Assembly: GCF_001194135.2 (NCBI RefSeq)
Contig: NC_068982.1
Coordinates: 9,354,275 to 9,396,577 of the forward strand
Source: Octopus bimaculoides
Taxonomy: Eukaryota
Direction of reading: 5' to 3'
Length of the DNA stretch: 42,303 bases
The position numbers and the translations under genes are program-made. The notes under the pieces were generated by a model. That model made no database searches, was not told the DNA's origin, and saw nothing but the letters and a program-made list of their open reading frames with translations. Position 1 is the stretch's first letter. Every line of letters starts with the position of its first letter. Below are positions 24,751 through 37,190 of this stretch, in pieces.

Positions 24751-25619
24751 GCTGGTCGCGTTCAATGAAAATTCGTGCCAAATCCATTTTCCGCTCCCCT
24801 CATCAATTATATATGCATGCATACATACATACACACATGGAAATCTGCATATAATTGCAAATATGATGCTTATTACACACACACATCTTTGTGTGTGCGT
24901 GTGTGTGTGTACACATGTGGGGGAGGCTTGTTTCAGATTCAATTATTCCATATGTGTACAGAACATAAAATATTTGAATAATATTTGTATAAATTATGTG
25001 TACTCGTGTCTGCTTGACATAAAGAATTAAAAACATATATATTCTTCTGTTCAATAGAAAGATCAATACTTTATTGCATGCTAAAATGGTGTTCGATGGT
25101 AAAATATGCCGCCTTATAAAAAAAAGATTTTTTTTTCTGGTATAAAAAAAAATCTCATTTCTTTCGTTAGGGATAGGTGCTTCATCACAGCAATACAACT
25201 TGCGTATGAGGTTGAATATTTTACTCATTTTCCAAAGCAGTCAGTTTAAGTTATTCAAAATTATTTATTGTTAACGTATTTTATGCATGACGCCATTAAA
25301 TGATAAAGTAGAAATATATTTGCGGTGAGGAAATATTTGCTCTCAGCGACTATTATTGTTTTGTTATACGTAGTTAAAAGAATGCAGGAAACGTTTTTTT
25401 TTTTTTTTTTTAACGGTGATCATATTGGCGGAGCACAGATTAACACCATTCTTGGCGAATTTGTGGCGAAAGAATCGGCGAAGCAATGGCAATAGATATC
25501 ATTAATTTGGAATACACGATGAAGTTGATGTTCCATTGATGATGTCAAAACAAGACACTAAATCATGCTTCTTAAGTTTATCAGAAGAAATAGAAATCAC
25601 AGAAAAATATTGCTCTTCC

Positions 25620-25681
<62 letters not shown>

Positions 25682-25830
25682 GCACGTATGTATGCATGTA
25701 TGTATGCATGTACGTCTGTATGTATGTATGTATGTATGTATATATCTATCTATCTATCTATCCATCCTTCTATCCTCTCTCTCTCTCTCTTATCTCTCTC
25801 TCTCTCTCATATATACATATATATATATGT
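25620..25830. repeat. Compound (TCTA)n/(TGTA)n/(CT)n microsatellite
   Basis: Direct reading of the sequence. Confidence 0.96.
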
Positions 25831-26159
25831 ATATTCTTCACGCAAAGGACATCTCTGAATTAATAAATGTCTTCAACGTGCATTAAGACAACAAAAAAAA
25901 AGGTCAAGTACAGAAAATGAAAAGGAATTGTTCTAAAACTATCGGGTTATGATTTGTAGCTGCAATTTGTATTAAGAAACCTATTGTTTTTTGTCCAGTA
26001 TATATTTATTAAAAAAAACGTATAGATTTGTTGATAGCTGCTACAACTTCAGAAATTAAATTAATAAATCCCATCGCACGTTGGAAATATTTTATTAATA
26101 CGAGATAGTATAAATGAGGGAATAAAGTCTAACATATACACTCATGTATGTAATAACGT

Positions 26160-26170
26160 ATATGTTATAT

Positions 26171-26211
<41 letters not shown>

Positions 26212-26277
26212 TATATATATATGTATACATGTATTTATGTGTTTATATGCATATACGTTTTAATATAAACTCATGAA

Positions 26278-26374
<97 letters not shown>

Positions 26375-26400
26375 GTATGTATATTATGTATGTATGCATC
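26160..26400. repeat. (CA)n/(TA)n/(TGTA)n microsatellite
   Basis: Direct reading of the sequence. Confidence 0.96.
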
Positions 26401-26716
26401 CTTTTCATATATTTGTAGGTGTGAAGAATGAGTATTTATGTGGTGAATTTTTTTTACTGAAACAATCTGATCAAAAACCTAATTCTTTCACAATAATGTT
26501 ACTGAAATTATGCATTCGTTTGAACCTATGAATACAGCACCCACCCACTGAATATAAGCACCATATGTAATATTGAGTCGAGAATATATAAAGTTAGAAA
26601 TGTTAGCAGCAATTATGTTTTTAATGTAGCAACACATGAAAGACCCTAACTGCGTTGAGGAAAAAAAATTTAGGAAATTCTCTTATAATTAGCGTTTGCA
26701 GAAAGTGTTGTTAAAT

Positions 26717-27152
26717 ATTCTATTTTGCACACGACGCAAGTCCCGAAAATTTTTGTGGAGGGGTGGGCTAGTCGGTTACATCGACCCCCGTACGCAGCTA
26801 GTACTTAATTTATCGATCCAAAAGAATGAAAGGCAAAGTCGACCTCGGTGGAATTTGAACTCAGAACATAAAGACAAACGAAATACCGCTAAGCATTTCG
26901 CCTGGCGTGCTAACGATTCTTATTTCTTTGTTGCCCACAAGGGGCTAAATATAGATGGGACAAACAATGGCAGACAAAGGGATTAAGTCGATTACATCGA
27001 CCCCAGTGCGTAACTGGTACTTAATTTATCGATCCCGAAAGGATGAAAGGTAAAGTCGGCCTCGGCGGAATTTGAACACAGAACGTAACGGCAGACGAAA
27101 TAATGCTAAGCATTTCACCCTGCGTGCTAACGATTCGGCCGGTTCGCCGCCG
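26717..27152 (-). mobile_element. Two head-to-tail family A SINEs (26717-26919 and 26920-27152)
   Basis: Two complete cores; junction GCTAACGATTC|TTATTTCTTTGTTGCCCACAAGGGG. Confidence 0.92.
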
Positions 27153-27571
27153 TAAGATGTTGTTAAATATTAATAGGGATGAACGCAGTGAAAGTAATTT
27201 TTCGTCAAAATATCTGAATTTGAAAGATTTATCCAAATATCAATCATACATCCAATAATTTATGAGACATTAGCGAAGATCGTGAGATTGAATAGATAGG
27301 AAAAATTATTTTCCTCGCGTGGTTAATGAAATATCTGGTTTGAAATAAACAAAATGAAACACAATCCATAGATGAAAAAATACTTGAAATATAGGGAAAT
27401 GAGTAAAGAGAGAAAGACAATGTACGAAACATTTGCATGGGCACTGAGAAAGATTTACCTAATTGCTAATACACTGTCTGTACGATATAATTACAAACAT
27501 ATGCAAATGTATTTAATATTTTATTCCGCTACATACCATTCACTAAACTCGATAATTATAACGCCTTAGAT

Positions 27572-27724
27572 ACTCCAGTGCGTAACTGATGCTTATTTAA
27601 TCGACCCGAAAGGATGAAAGGTAAAGTTGACCTCGGCGGAAGTTGAACTCAGAATGTAACGGCAGACGAAATACCGCTAAGCATTTCGCCCGGCGTGCTA
27701 ACGATTCTGGCTGCCAGCTGCCCT
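27572..27724 (-). mobile_element. Family A SINE lacking its tail
   Basis: Core and head: ATCGACCCGAAAGGATGAAAGG...GCTAACGATTCTGG. Confidence 0.88.
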
Positions 27725-27759
27725 AAGACATCTAAATATTGAAAAAGAATTACCAGTAT

Positions 27760-28448
27760 CATGGCGAATCGCATCCGTATCAAAATGCCGATATGAGGAC
27801 TACTGTCCGACGCTCTCTGAACACTCTAAATGCTATAAGACATGACATGGACAGCTACAATGGAGACTGCGAAGCCATGTACACAGTAAGGACACAGCAG
27901 ACATTCTGACTACGTCTGAATGCTGACAATTATGTCCATACTTTTTAAAAGGGGCTTAGACTCGACTCAGATAGCTATGTGGAGCCGCAGGATACTGTGG
28001 TCAAATCTAATATGAAACGGGTTGCCACTCGATGGCCACATGTGTGTGTGCCTGCAGGATTCGGCTCCTTGTCATACCTCTGGAAAGTGTCGGAGAATTT
28101 ATGCGACTTCATGAGTGTCAATTTCTCGTCTCATGATTCCCAAAATTGTAATTCCATGGGGAGTGCAGTTGACAAAGAAACCATCCGCTCAGCCCGCAAA
28201 ACCAACGCTGAGCTGATGACGACGATTAACGATGTTGTCGAAGATATTCTCAGAGGCGCAATGAAGAACACATACACCAGGTTCCAGAGCAGTCTTTAAG
28301 CTGTGGTGGAAGCTGAGGGTAATCTGTTATCATCAAACATAGTCTACATGATTTAGCTTGATATTTTAAAAATACTTTGTTTTATTTTTGAATGAGATAG
28401 TGTGTTCTCTTCTTTTTATGCGAACTGTCAAATTTAGCCCGAACACTA
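27760..28448 (+). mobile_element. Decayed, internally deleted Tc1/mariner transposon (maT/DD37D-like) with probable right TIR
   Basis: Frameshifted peptides LNAIRHDMDSYNGDCEA (N-terminal region), KGLRLDSDSYVE, QDSAPCHTS (second catalytic D) and NCNSMG..VDKET...RFQSSL*AVVEAEG. TIR-like TGTCAAATTTAGCCCGAACACTA|TA at 28426-28450. Confidence 0.85.
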
Positions 28449-29237
28449 TAATTATGGAAAGTTAAATTTGGATAAAGTTCACTCCAGGCTTGCAACGATA
28501 AATGATAGCGAGTAATTCACGTAAGCATTAATAATTTTATATGGTCCCTACTCAACAATGGAAGCATTATTCCACACTGATGCATTTTCTAATCTTCGAA
28601 TTTGTTTTTATCTCAATTTGATGAGAATTAGTTCTACAAAAATTAATCAATTTTGATATTTGTAAGCCATCCACATTTATTCACCTTCGTTCTTTGATAG
28701 ATATCATAAATTCATAAATTTTATTAGCAGTTTCATTTCACTTACTTTTCCTAAATTGTATTTCATGTTCTTTCTCAGGAGTGGATCATCTCAACTTATT
28801 CCGTTCTTCAATTCTTCTCCGATATTATATTGCTTAAAATGCCACTTCGTTTGCAATCATAATTGGTAATAAGTGGTTTACATTATCATTTCTAATATCC
28901 TTATACATAGCTCTGGCCCAAGGGTAGGTGTATATTTATACTGTTTCATGAATGTTCATTTTCTGTATATCCTGTCCATACTTGTTTCCAAGTCATTTCA
29001 TTCTCCAACATTTGATTCGATAAAAAGAAAACTGAAATCATTTTTTTGTTCATTCTCACAGGTAATGGCAATTCCAGGCAAGAATTTGTAAAGAAACTTG
29101 CTTAAAAGAGTTTGACAACATCATGATGAAAATGGTATATNNNNNNNNNNNNNNNNNNNNNNNNNNNNNNNNNNNNNNNNNNNNNNNNNNNNNNNNNNNN
29201 NNNNNNNNNNNNNNNNNNNNNNNNNNNNNNNNNNATA

Positions 29238-29269
<32 letters not shown>

Positions 29270-29295
29270 CATACACACATACATACATACATACA

Positions 29296-29327
<32 letters not shown>

Positions 29328-29330
<3 letters not shown>

Positions 29331-29632
29331 GCTGAACTATTGAGAAATCTGCAGTTACTCTATCTAGATTACAATTTCACGTTTATAATTGTAATTATTG
29401 GGGCCCTGCCTGGGATACGTAACACATTGTCTAAATACCAATCTTGAGGAATTAGGCTTCTCAAAATCAGTAAACGAGAAAGCTAATTCGAAGACCACAG
29501 ATCCAATCCAACACTGGAACTGTAAAAAATCTGTGATACTTTCCATAAGTTTATCATTTACATATATATGAGCATGTCTAGATATGTAACCATTTGCATG
29601 AGAATACATACATAAAACATATAAATCTGCAT
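29328..29632 (+). mobile_element. 3' end of an RLE-type (R4/Dong-like) non-LTR retrotransposon embedded in (ATAC)n
   Basis: YAELLRNLQLLYLDYNFTFIIVIIGAL / GYVTHCLNTNLEELGFSK / IRRPQIQSNTGTVK / ICDTFHKFII with frameshifts matches the C-terminal restriction-like endonuclease tail (V+GALG ... GT++I motif). It is followed by a short UTR and then (ATAC)n. Confidence 0.8.
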
Positions 29633-29711
29633 ATATACATACATACATACATACATACATGCATGCATGCATGCATACATACATACATACATACATACAT
29701 ACATACAAAAA

Positions 29712-29905
29712 TACCCATAAAGTTTGAGGTCATCCATGAATAACAAATGGTTGACTTTGTTGGCGGCTTTTGAATACGTAACCAGCTTTTGCTTTCCTCA
29801 AAATCAGTGTTAGTGGCATCAAGCAGAGTACAAAGATCAGTGGGAACAGGCAGTCCCCTTAGAAGATGTCCCTCCTGATTTCTACTCTTCAATTCCCGAG
29901 CATTA
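29712..29905 (-). mobile_element. RT core fragment of an R4/Dong-like non-LTR retrotransposon
   Basis: EIRRDIF*GDCLFPLIFVLCLMPLTLILRKAKAGYVFK (GIFQGD.LSP motif), frameshift, then VNHLLFMDDLKLYG (catalytic DD). Confidence 0.9.
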
Positions 29906-29978
29906 TATTAATACATCTGTTTGTATTCTACAATACCTGACTTCGTCTTTCTTTTTCTTTTTTTTTTTTGTGAATTCT

Positions 29979-30014
<36 letters not shown>

Positions 30015-30854
30015 TGATATTCACGTCGTTGAATTCTTGAAGTTCTGAATTCAATTGTCTTGTTGAAACAAAAGGTATGTTTACATATTTGGGTAGTCAG
30101 GGAGAGTAGAAAGATAAAAGTTTCACACAAGATTTAATATATTAATGTTGTTAAGTTTTTTTCAGATGTTTGTTTGTCTGACCAATTGAATAATACAGTA
30201 GTGCTTTTGCAATGAAAAAGTTGTTTACATTTTCGAATACTTAGGGAGAGANNNNNNNNNNNNNNNNNNNNNNNNNNNNNNNNNNNNNNNNNNNNNNNNN
30301 NNNNNNNNNNNNNNNNNNNNNNNNNNNNNNNNNNNNNNNNNNNNNNNNNNNNNNNNNNNNNNNNNNNNNNNNNNNNNNNNNNNNNNNNNNNNNNNNNNNN
30401 NNNNNNNNNNNNNNNNNNNNNNNNNNNNNNNNNNNNNNNNNNNNNNNNNNNNNNNNNNNNNNNNNNNNNNNNNNNNNNNNNNNNNNNNNNNNNNNNNNNN
30501 NNNNNNNNNNNNNNNNNNNNNNNNNNNNNNNNNNNNNNNNNNNNNNNNNNNNNNNNNNNNNNNNNNNNNNNNNNNNNNNNNNNNNNNNNNNNNNNNNNNN
30601 NNNNNNNNNNNNNNNNNNNNNNNNNNNNNNNNNNNNNNNNNNNNNNNNNNNNNNNNNNNNNNNNNNNNNNNNNNNNNNNNNNNNNNNNNNNNNNNNNNNN
30701 NNNNNNNNNNNNNNNNNNNNNNNNNNNNNNNNNNNNNNNNNNNNNNNNNNNNNNNNNNNNNNNNNNNNNNNNNNNNNNNNNNNNNNNNNNNNNNNNNNNN
30801 NNNNNNNNNNNNNNNNNNNNNNNNNNNNNNNNNNNNNNNNNNNNNNNNNNNNNN

Positions 30855-30878
30855 CCCCTCCTCCTCCTCCTCCTCCTC

Positions 30879-30945
<67 letters not shown>
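30855..30945. repeat. (CCT)n(ACT)n microsatellite after gap 30252-30854
   Basis: Direct reading of the sequence. Confidence 0.96.
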
Positions 30946-31004
30946 GTAATTATGTGGTATGTGTTCATTTGTCATTGAGTAGCACACTAACTGAACAGAA
31001 ATAT

Positions 31005-31088
31005 AGGATCGAAATATATGATCCGTTTGGCTGTCCTTGTTTGTCCCCTCTATGTTTAACTCCTTGTTGGCGGCAATAAAGAAATAAA
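31005..31088 (+). mobile_element. Family A SINE tail fragment; the only copy seen in the opposite orientation
   Basis: TGTCCTTGTTTGTCCCCTCTATGTTTAACTCCTTGTTGGCGGCAATAAAGAAATA is the reverse complement of the tail at 1732-1790. Confidence 0.8.
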
Positions 31089-31956
31089 AACTATATGATC
31101 GAAGCTGCTTTTCATCTGCGGCCGTTGTCTAAGTGTGTTTCGCTTTCCAAGTGGTGGGTATGAGATTTTATGGAGGGTGTTTGATGGGTTGCTATTTCTT
31201 GCAAGCTGATCAGGTATGTAGAGTTACCCAGTTAGTGATGCGAAGTTATAAAGGACAGCGTGTTCATGGCATTTGCTGTGGGGGCGGAACATTCTATGGA
31301 ATTCTATCGCATGTTTTTAAGAAATCAAAAAATGGATACATATTGTTACGAGCACATTGAACAATAGACGTAACAGTGGTCGGAGACAAAACAACAACAG
31401 CTGCAAAACATCAATAACAAATGCTTTGATTCAGAATGCTTTGAGAATGGAGATAAGAAATCTATTGATGTGGACATTCATTTTAAGTATACAAAGAATG
31501 AATGCAACATGGTGTAGATAATAAAGAAAAACTATATCTGAAGGAAGCGCCATTATCATAGAATTGATTGTTTTCCCAAATAAATTATACGTACGCCTCT
31601 AAGTATTTCTCTAACCTCTCTGATGTGCACACATGAACACACCCTTACACACACATATAAACACACATACGCACACATGTATGTACTTATGTAAGTATCA
31701 ATGTATGTGTATATGCATGTTTGTATGTATACAGGGAGAGAAGGAGAAAGAGAAAGAGTCACTGAGAAAGCGCGCGTGAGCGAGAGGGTGAGAGAGAAAG
31801 ACAGAGACAGGTGTGAACATGTGTCTTTCTTGTAATTGTATATAGAATATATTCGTAATTGATATAATCTGAAATGAACTATGAAGATACGACCATAGGT
31901 TATATATAATATATAAGAATGTGTGTGTGTGTGTGTGTGTGCGTGTGTGTGTGTGT

Positions 31957-32291
31957 AATGGATGTATGGTAAGAAGCTTGATTCCCAACTACATGGTTCT
32001 GGATTCAGTCCAACTGCATGGCACCTTGCGCAAGTGTCTTCTACTATAGACTCGGGCCGACCACAGCCCTGTGCGTAAATTTGGAAGACGGAAACTGAAA
32101 AAAGTCCGTCGNNNNNNNNNNNNNNNNNNNNNNNNNNNNNNNNNNNNNNNNNNNNNNNNNNNNNNNNNNNNNNNNNNNNNNNNNNNNNNNNNNNNNNNNN
32201 NNNNNNNNNNNNNNNNNNNNNNNNNNNNNNNNNNNNNNNNNNNNNNNNNNNNNNNNNNNNNNNNNNNNNNNNNNATATATATATATATATG

Positions 32292-32342
<51 letters not shown>

Positions 32343-32555
32343 CTGTCTGTGTTTGTCCCAGTACCATCGCTTGACAACTGATGTTGGTGTGTTTACGTCT
32401 CTTTAAACTACCAGTACGGCAAAAGAGACCGTTAGAATAAGTACTAGGCTTACAAAGAATAAATCCTGGGGTCGATTTGTTCCGCTAAAGCTGATGCTCC
32501 AGCATGGCCGCATTCAAATGATTGAAACAAGTAAAACAGTACAAGAACAAAAGAA
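31957..32555 (+). mobile_element. CORE-type SINE, family C, with an internal microsatellite and gap
   Basis: Head TGGTAAGAAGCTTG...GGATTCAGTCC, CORE-like TGGCACCTTGCGCAAGTGTCTT, gap 32112-32274, (TA)(TG), then tail ...CCAGCATGGCCGCATTCAAATGATTGAAACAAGTAAAA. Confidence 0.87.
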
Positions 32556-32573
32556 CAACATGCACACATATAC

Positions 32574-32625
<52 letters not shown>

Positions 32626-33263
32626 TTATTTATCTGTCTATCTATTTATGCACACACACATACACACACACATATTTATATACAGGCAAACATGCGCACA
32701 CATTTGCCTTTTAATAAACACAATTTAAGCTCGCTTTGCAGCGTATAAATTGGTAAAATAAGTTGTCTTATCTCAGTGTCAGAAGGAAAGGAATTCAATC
32801 TCAATAGTTTCTAGCCTTCTTAGAATATCGTTAGTGAAACGGAACATTTCAGAGATTGATATTCTTTACATCTGCACTGGAATAAAGAATGGGTGTAATA
32901 AATTAGTTTACTATTCAAAAAGAGGTTAAATTGCACATCTATTATAATTGAATATTGTATATTCCCCTATTCCTATGTAAAAATCGCTGCATAGTTCATT
33001 ATTACCTACTTAATACATTCACATTTTAAACATATGCAATCTTATGCAGTTCATCCGTATCAGTTTGACTCGATTGTGTTTTGTGCACTGTAAACAACAA
33101 GAAGCTAATAAATTCTCTGGTACATAACTAAAGAATTATTCAGTTGATCTACTTTCTGTCTGTGGGGAGATAAAAATATTAGGTTTCGATTGAAGGTTAC
33201 ATGGTATGTGCTAAATTTTACTCCATTTCTCACATATATACATATATATGTGTGTGTATGTAA

Positions 33264-33317
<54 letters not shown>

Positions 33318-34222
33318 NNNNNNNNNNNNNNNNNNNNNNNNNNNNNNNNNNNNNNNNNNNNNNNNNNNNNNNNNNNNNNNNNNNNNNNNNNNNNNNNNNN
33401 NNNNNNNNNNNNNNNNNNNNNNNNNNNNNNNNNNNNNNNNNNNNNNNNNNNNNNNNNNNNNNNNNNNNNNNNNNNNNNNNNNNNNNNNNNNNNNNNNNNN
33501 NNNNNNNNNNNNNNNNNNNNNNNNNNNNNNNNNNNNNNNNNNNNNNNNNNNNNNNNNNNNNNNNNNNNNNNNNNNNNNNNNNNNNNNNNNNNNNNNNNNN
33601 NNNNNNNNNNNNNNNNNNNNNNNNNNNNNNNNNNNNNNNNNNNNNNNNNNNNNNNNNNNNNNNNNNNNNNNNNNNNNNNNNNNNNNNNNNNNNNNNNNNN
33701 NNNNNNNNNNNNNNNNNNNNNNNNNNNNNNNNNNNNNNNNNNNNNNNNNNNNNNNNNNNNNNNNNNNNNNNNNNNNNNNNNNNNNNNNNNNNNNNNNNNN
33801 NNNNNNNNNNNNNNNNNNNNNNNNNNNNNNNNNNNNNNNNNNNNNNNNNNNNNNNNNNNNNNNNNNNNNNNNNNNNNNNNNNNNNNNNNNNNNNNNNNNN
33901 NNNNNNNNNNNNNNNNNNNNNNNNNNNNNNNNNNNNNNNNNNNNNNNNNNNNNNNNNNNNNNNNNNNNNNNNNNNNNNNNNNNNNNNNNNNNNNNNNNNN
34001 NNNNNNNNNNNNNNNNNNNNNNNNNNNNNNNNNNNNNNNNNNNNNNNNNNNNNNNNNNNNNNNNNNNNNNNNNNNNNNNNNNNNNNNNNNNNNNNNNNNN
34101 NNNNNNNNNNNNNNNNNNNNNNNNNNNNNNNNNNNNNNNNNNNNNNNNNNNNNNNNNNNNNNNNNNNNNNNNNNNNNNNNNNATATATATATATATATGT
34201 ATATATATGGATGTATGTATAT

Positions 34223-34270
34223 ACGACGGGCTTCTTTCAATTTCCGTCTACCATACATCCACGCCCGAAG
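34223..34270 (-). mobile_element. Family C SINE fragment
   Basis: TACGACGGGCTTCTTTCAATTTCCGTCTACCA matches 23666-23700. Confidence 0.7.
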
Positions 34271-34312
34271 GCTTTTTAAATTACGAAGTAGAGCGACACA
34301 CATAGATCCTTC

Positions 34313-34481
34313 TTAATAATAACTATAACTATATATTATTTATATAATAATATATGCTCCGTTTAGACTCACTAAAGCTAAGCGATTGACTGAAAAAAGA
34401 TTAAGCGAACCACTGGGAAATGAACATGACATCAAAGCTTGTATTATTCTACAAATAATATATAATTATAGTTATTATTAA
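34313..34481. repeat. Inverted repeat with 29-bp AT-rich arms (28/29) and a 111-bp spacer
   Basis: TTAATAATAACTATAACTATATATTATTT (34313-34341) versus AAATAATATATAATTATAGTTATTATTAA (34453-34481). Confidence 0.8.
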
Positions 34482-34861
34482 AAATGACCTCGTCTATAAT
34501 TTTAAAATCCTTCGGGTTTGTTAAAGATTTATAAATATATATATACTAAATTAAAATTATCTAAACATTAAAGCAGGCTGAAATTAATGGGTGGGCTATG
34601 TGGCTGAGTTGAATGCGCATAGAACTACGTAAGCATTGATGCTGTGTTCGCTTTCCAACGGTTCGACTCCTCTATTCTCAATCAATCGTTTTAGCTTAGT
34701 GGCTCTAAATGGAGCAAATGTTATATAGAGCCTCATGTGGTGTCCACAAGGCTTCGCTTTGTGGGCGTGAAACCATGGCTAACTCTGTATAATTTTTTTT
34801 GTAATAATTACCGCTCTATTTCCGTTCTTGTTTCTGATATGTTTTTCTATTAACTGTATAT

Positions 34862-34925
34862 ATACTCTTTTACTCTTTTGCTTGTTTCAGTCATTTGACT
34901 GCGGCCATGCTGGAGTAACCGCCTT
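34862..34925 (-). mobile_element. Family C SINE tail only
   Basis: TTGTTTCAGTCATTTGACTGCGGCCATGCTGGAG. Confidence 0.8.
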
Positions 34926-34982
<57 letters not shown>

Positions 34983-34984
<2 letters not shown>

Positions 34985-35354
34985 CAATACCAACAACTAC
35001 AAATACATAGAAAGTGGTTCCCACATAAAATTCAAGAACGGATCTATTTTAAAAATAAATGCAGATATGAACTGCAAAACACAAAATCTCATATACTGCA
35101 TCACCTGTCCAAACTGTAAAGAAAATTACATTGGCAAAACGAATAACTCACTTTGTCAACGTGCAAGAATTCACAGGCAACATATCCGACAAGAAGAACT
35201 AAGAATGATTCCATTAAGTAAACATCTGGAAATATGCGGAGACGGAAAGTTCAAAATCTTTCCCTTTTATAAATGTACACGGGACGATCCACAATACCGA
35301 AAGGCAATGGAACTACTTTTCATAAAAAAATTTTCCCCAAAGTTAAATGTTTGA
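34983..35354 (+). mobile_element. 5'-truncated Penelope-like element: open GIY-YIG endonuclease C-terminal domain
   Basis: NCKTQNLIYCITCPNCKENYIGKT...QRARIHRQHI...PLSKHLEIC...RKAMELLFIKKFSPKLNV* shows the LIY-YIG motif with CxxC, the conserved R..H and H, and terminal E..FI...LN typical of C-terminal-EN PLEs. The 5' end is fused to (GT)n. Confidence 0.93.
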
Positions 35355-36050
35355 AACAGAAAAAAGAAAAACAAGGAATACGTTTTGTATGTATATATAT
35401 TTATATATGTTTGATATGATATATATATAGTTATTTTTACTAAATTGATTTTACTAATTCGATTTTTCAAATTTACAAACATTATACTAATATACTCTCA
35501 TGCAGAACTACACCTTAAAAATAAATAAATAAATGAATGTATGACAGGAATATATTCTAAAAAGGACCCAAAGTCTATAAAAAGAAAGGACAAAGAATAT
35601 AAAACGAAAGAACTAAAAGCAAAAAAAAAAACAGGAAGACATTTTTTTGTTTTCTTTATATTTTCTATTCATTATTCTCTATTGTTTCTTTCTTCTTCCT
35701 TTCTCCTTCTTCTACCATCCCTAAAAAGTGTCTCAAAACAATACAGTAAGTAATAAACAAACTTTTAACCTTTTTTTTTTGACACTCCTTAAAAAGACAA
35801 TTTCAATACAATGGCCCTTCTCTCTCTCTTTTACCACATCCACCTCTCTATCTGTCTGACTATCAGTCTATCTCTCTATCTCTCTATCTGCCTATCTATC
35901 GATCTATCTGCTTATACATCTTCAATTGTCTCCAAAGCCTCATCCCCAAAAAACAAAAAAAAACAAAACAATGTTCTGTTATAAACAAAACCCCCCAAAA
36001 CACCTGTTTTTATATAAATAAGCTAGATCTCTGTATTTTCACAGTTATAT

Positions 36051-36082
36051 TTGACAAGTTCGAAAGAAGAACGAAAGCGCTA
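36051..36082 (+). ncRNA. Degenerate minimal hammerhead-ribozyme-like motif in the putative PLE pLTR
   Basis: TTGACAA (CUGANGA with 2 changes), GTTC/GAAC stem II, GAAA, palindromic AGCGCT, then A; about 700 bp downstream of the GIY-YIG stop. Stem I does not pair. Confidence 0.35.
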
Positions 36083-36189
36083 CTTTATGTATAAAATAAA
36101 TGAAAGAAGTTATTCCAAAATTCTGACGACCTTTTTCTCAATATTTACTTCTGTACATCACACCTAACACTCTACACATACATGTATAT

Positions 36190-36245
36190 ATATGGTGGTG
36201 CACCAGCATGACCGCAGCCACTTGGCTGAAACACATAAATAAAAT
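36190..36245 (+). mobile_element. Family C SINE tail only
   Basis: GGTGCACCAGCATGACCGCAGCCACTTGGCTGAAAC. Confidence 0.65.
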
Positions 36246-36841
36246 ATATATATNNNNNNNNNNNNNNNNNNNNNNNNNNNNNNNNNNNNNNNNNNNNNNN
36301 NNNNNNNNNNNNNNNNNNNNNNNNNNNNNNNNNNNNNNNNNNNNNNNNNNNNNNNNNNNNNNNNNNNNNNNNNNNNNNNNNNNNNNNNNNNNNNNNNNNN
36401 NNNNNNNNNNNNNNNNNNNNNNNNNNNNNNNNNNNNNNNNNNNNNNNNNNNNNNNNNNNNNNNNNNNNNNNNNNNNNNNNNNNNNNNNNNNNNNNNNNNN
36501 NNNNNNNNNNNNNNNNNNNNNNNNNNNNNNNNNNNNNNNNNNNNNNNNNNNNNNNNNNNNNNNNNNNNNNNNNNNNNNNNNNNNNNNNNNNNNNNNNNNN
36601 NNNNNNNNNNNNNNNNNNNNNNNNNNNNNNNNNNNNNNNNNNNNNNNNNNNNNNNNNNNNNNNNNNNNNNNNNNNNNNNNNNNNNNNNNNNNNNNNNNNN
36701 NNNNNNNNNNNNNNNNNNNNNNNNNNNNNNNNNNNNNNNNNNNNNNNNNNNNNNNNNNNNNNNNNNNNNNNNNNNNNNNNNNNNNNNNNNNNNNNNNNNN
36801 NNNNNNNNNNNNNNNNNNNNNNNNNNNNNNNNNNNNNNNNN

Positions 36842-36915
<74 letters not shown>

Positions 36916-37147
36916 CGTGCATGTATGTAGAGCCTAATCATGTTTATCTGCATCACCATCTTCTTATCAGCTCACCTCGATTTCTCTTTTTACAGTCATT
37001 CTTTACCCGGTGGACCTAGTTCAAGACAAATATTTCCGAGTTTAAGTTCAAATCCTTTGAGCACTTACTACGTGCTTTCTATATCAAGGGTCTTTAGCCC
37101 TGTATATCTATATGGCAAATATCTATACTGAAAGACCGACTTAGCCA

Positions 37148-37190
37148 AACCAGTGAGTGTCTACGATTGATAGACGAAACTAGTCTAGTT
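37148..37190 (+). ncRNA. Degenerate minimal type I hammerhead-like motif
   Basis: Stem I AACCA/TAGTT (4/5), damaged core GTGAGT, stem II GTCTA/TAGAC, then GAAAC-TA-GTC (palindromic stem III plus GUC site). Confidence 0.4.

Noticed and set aside
29364-29708. Minus-strand exon-like frame FQCWIGSVVFELAFSFTDFEKPNSS after TTTTTACAG
   Set aside because: It is the antisense of the RLE retrotransposon C-terminus on the + strand.
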